DNA from: Sphingomonas sp.
GTDB lineage: Bacteria > Pseudomonadota > Alphaproteobacteria > Sphingomonadales > Sphingomonadaceae
Reading direction: 5' to 3'
Length of the DNA stretch: 64,000 nucleotides
Assembly: GCF_036402235.1 (NCBI RefSeq)
Contig: NZ_DASWTG010000041.1
Coordinates: forward strand, 2,381-66,380
The translations under genes and the position numbers were made by a program. Below, piece after piece: positions 62,058 through 64,000 of the stretch; the first letter of the stretch is position 1, and every line of letters starts with the position of its first letter. Below the pieces are notes generated by a model, which ran no database searches, was not told the origin of the DNA, and worked only from the letters and a program-made list of their open reading frames with translations.

Positions 62058-64000
62058 TCACGCCGCCGTCGCGAATTCCCCAAGGCCCGTGGCGGCATCG
62101 AGCATCCGCCGCTCGAGCGACTTCAATCGCAGCACTGCGGTGATCTTGTCGCCGGTCAGGTCGGTCACATAGAAGGTGTCGACCGCGCGCTCGCCATAGG
62201 TGGCGACATGCGCCGAATGGATCGTCACCTTCGACTGGAACAGCGCATAGGCGAGGTGGTGGAGCAGTGCCGGCCGGTCGCGGGCATTCACCTCGATCAC
62301 CGTGAAGCGGTTCGACGCCTTGTTGTCGATCAGCACCGCCGGCTCGATCGGGAAGGCGTCGGCGCGCGGGCGGGGCAGGGGCTTGGCCGCGAGCCGCTCG
62401 GTCAGCTTGGCGCGGTTGGCCAGCGCCTCGGCGATGCCGGTCTCGATCCGGCCGAGCTGGCCGGGATCGTCGAACGGGCGGCCGAGCGGGTCCTGCACCA
62501 GGAAGTTGTCGATCGCCATGCCGTCGCGCGTCGGGTGGATGCGCGCGTCGATGATGTTGCCGCCCGCCGCATGGATCGCGCCGGCGATGCGGTAGAACAG
62601 GCCCGCATGGTCGGCGGCATAAACCGTCACCAGCGTCGCGCCGCGATCGGGATAGACCGTCGCCTCGACCGACAGCTGCGCCTCGCCCACCCGCTCGATG
62701 AAGCGGGCGTTGCGCTCGATCACGTCCTCGGGCTCGGCGACCCAATAGGGGTCGGGCAGTCGCTTGATCAGCGCGCTCATGTCGCGTCCGATCGCCGCGG
62801 ACAGCGCTTCCTGCTTCGCCGCGATCCGCTCGCCGCGGCCCTTCTGCTTGTGGCCGAGCCGCAGCACCTCCTCGGCGCTGTCGAACAGGTTGGTGAGCAG
62901 CTGGCGCTTCCACCCGTTCCACACGCCGGGTCCGACCGCGCGGATATCGACGATGGTGAGGACGAGCAGCATCATCAGCCGCTGCGGCGACTGCACCACC
63001 TCGGCGAAGTCGAGGATCGTCTTGAAGTCGGAAAGGTCGCGCTTGAACGCGGTGGCGGACATCAGCAGGTGCCAGCGCACCAGCCACGCCACCGTCTCGG
63101 TCTCGGCCGGGGTCAGCCCCAGCCGCGGGCACAGCCGTTGCGCCACCTCCGCGCCCAGCACGCTATGGTCGCCGCCGCGCCCCTTGGCGATGTCGTGCAG
63201 CAGCACCGCGACATAGAGAGCGCGGCGCGAGGCGATCTGGTCGAGGATGCCGCTGGCGAGCGGATGGTCCTCCCGCCGCTCGCCTTTCTCGATGCTCGCG
63301 AGCAGCCCGATCGCGCGGATCGAATGCTCGTCCACCGTATAATGGTGGTACATGTCGAACTGCATCTGCGCGACGACGCGGCCGAAATCGGGCACGAACT
63401 GGCCGAACACGCTGGCCTCGTTCATCCAGCGCAGCACCGTCTCGGGATCGCGCGGGCTCGTCAGCACGTCCATGAACAGCGCATTGGCGCGCGGATCGTC
63501 GCGCTTGTCGGCGATCAGCTTGGCGTCGCGCGCGGCGGCGCGCATCGTCAGCGGATGCACCTCCAGCTTGTGCAGGTCGGCGAGCTGGAACACCTCCAGC
63601 AGCCGCACCGGATCCTCGGCGAAGAAGCTGTCGCGCGGCAGCGCCAGCCTTCCGCGGTCCAACACGAAGCCCTTCAATTTGGCGGGCGAGCGGCGGATGC
63701 GCGGCAGCCCGAACCGGCTCCCGCGCGCCGCGAACTTCTCATCCAGATGGGCGAGGAACACGCCGGTCAGGTCGCCGACCATCTTCGCCTGCAGGAAGTA
63801 GAAGTGCATGAAGCGCTCGACCTTCGACTTGCCCGGCCGGTCGGCGTAGCGCATGCGCTCGGCGATCTCGCGCTGGAAGTCGAAGGTCAGGCGGTCCTCG
63901 GCGCGCCCGGCGATGTTGTGCAGGTGGCAGCGCACCGCCCACAGGAAATTCTCGGCGCGGCGGAACTGGCGGTACTCCAGCTTGGTCAGCAGCCCCGCGC
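62058..64000 (-). CDS. glnD: [Protein-PII] uridylyltransferase (5' part beyond the window)
   Basis: HHYTVDEH...LLHDIAKG HD domain and two C-terminal ACT domains; frame open to the window end. Confidence 0.95.
   Translation of the reverse strand, partial: AGLLTKLEYRQFRRAENFLWAVRCHLHNIAGRAEDRLTFDFQREIAERMRYADRPGKSKVERFMHFYFLQAKMVGDLTGVFLAHLDEKFAARGSRFGLPRIRRSPAKLKGFVLDRGRLALPRDSFFAEDPVRLLEVFQLADLHKLEVHPLTMRAAARDAKLIADKRDDPRANALFMDVLTSPRDPETVLRWMNEASVFGQFVPDFGRVVAQMQFDMYHHYTVDEHSIRAIGLLASIEKGERREDHPLASGILDQIASRRALYVAVLLHDIAKGRGGDHSVLGAEVAQRLCPRLGLTPAETETVAWLVRWHLLMSATAFKRDLSDFKTILDFAEVVQSPQRLMMLLVLTIVDIRAVGPGVWNGWKRQLLTNLFDSAEEVLRLGHKQKGRGERIAAKQEALSAAIGRDMSALIKRLPDPYWVAEPEDVIERNARFIERVGEAQLSVEATVYPDRGATLVTVYAADHAGLFYRIAGAIHAAGGNIIDARIHPTRDGMAIDNFLVQDPLGRPFDDPGQLGRIETGIAEALANRAKLTERLAAKPLPRPRADAFPIEPAVLIDNKASNRFTVIEVNARDRPALLHHLAYALFQSKVTIHSAHVATYGERAVDTFYVTDLTGDKITAVLRLKSLERRMLDAATGLGEFATAA

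Overview
High-GC alphaproteobacterial chromosome segment. Gene order and protein style point to a sphingomonad, which is an inference. It is mostly housekeeping: rpmG, divK, lspA-ileS-ribF, folA-thyA, prfB-PBP1A-amidase, rne, glpX, hom, ppc, gyrB/recF, thrS...infC and glnD (cut by the window end). It also carries a small pectin/deoxy-sugar catabolic cluster and several accessory genes attached to the 3' ends of core genes. I recognised no rRNA, tRNA, CRISPR array, transposase, integrase or phage gene. The main non-genic structure is two families of short palindromic repeats: six CGTC-tagged REP doublets and about eight CIR/MITE-like AATCCTCCCC elements. One CGTC doublet sits in frame inside the essential ileS gene, which also has a second ~100-codon segment of foreign-looking codon usage in its editing domain. 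Other highlights are an apparent CUG start for folA, an AUA start for infC, an anti-sigma sensor-domain paralog with no sigma-binding domain, a glycine-zipper/2-TM gene pair behind infC, and a very acidic small protein behind a perfect EcfG-type promoter. All assignments come from motif recognition by eye, with no database searches.
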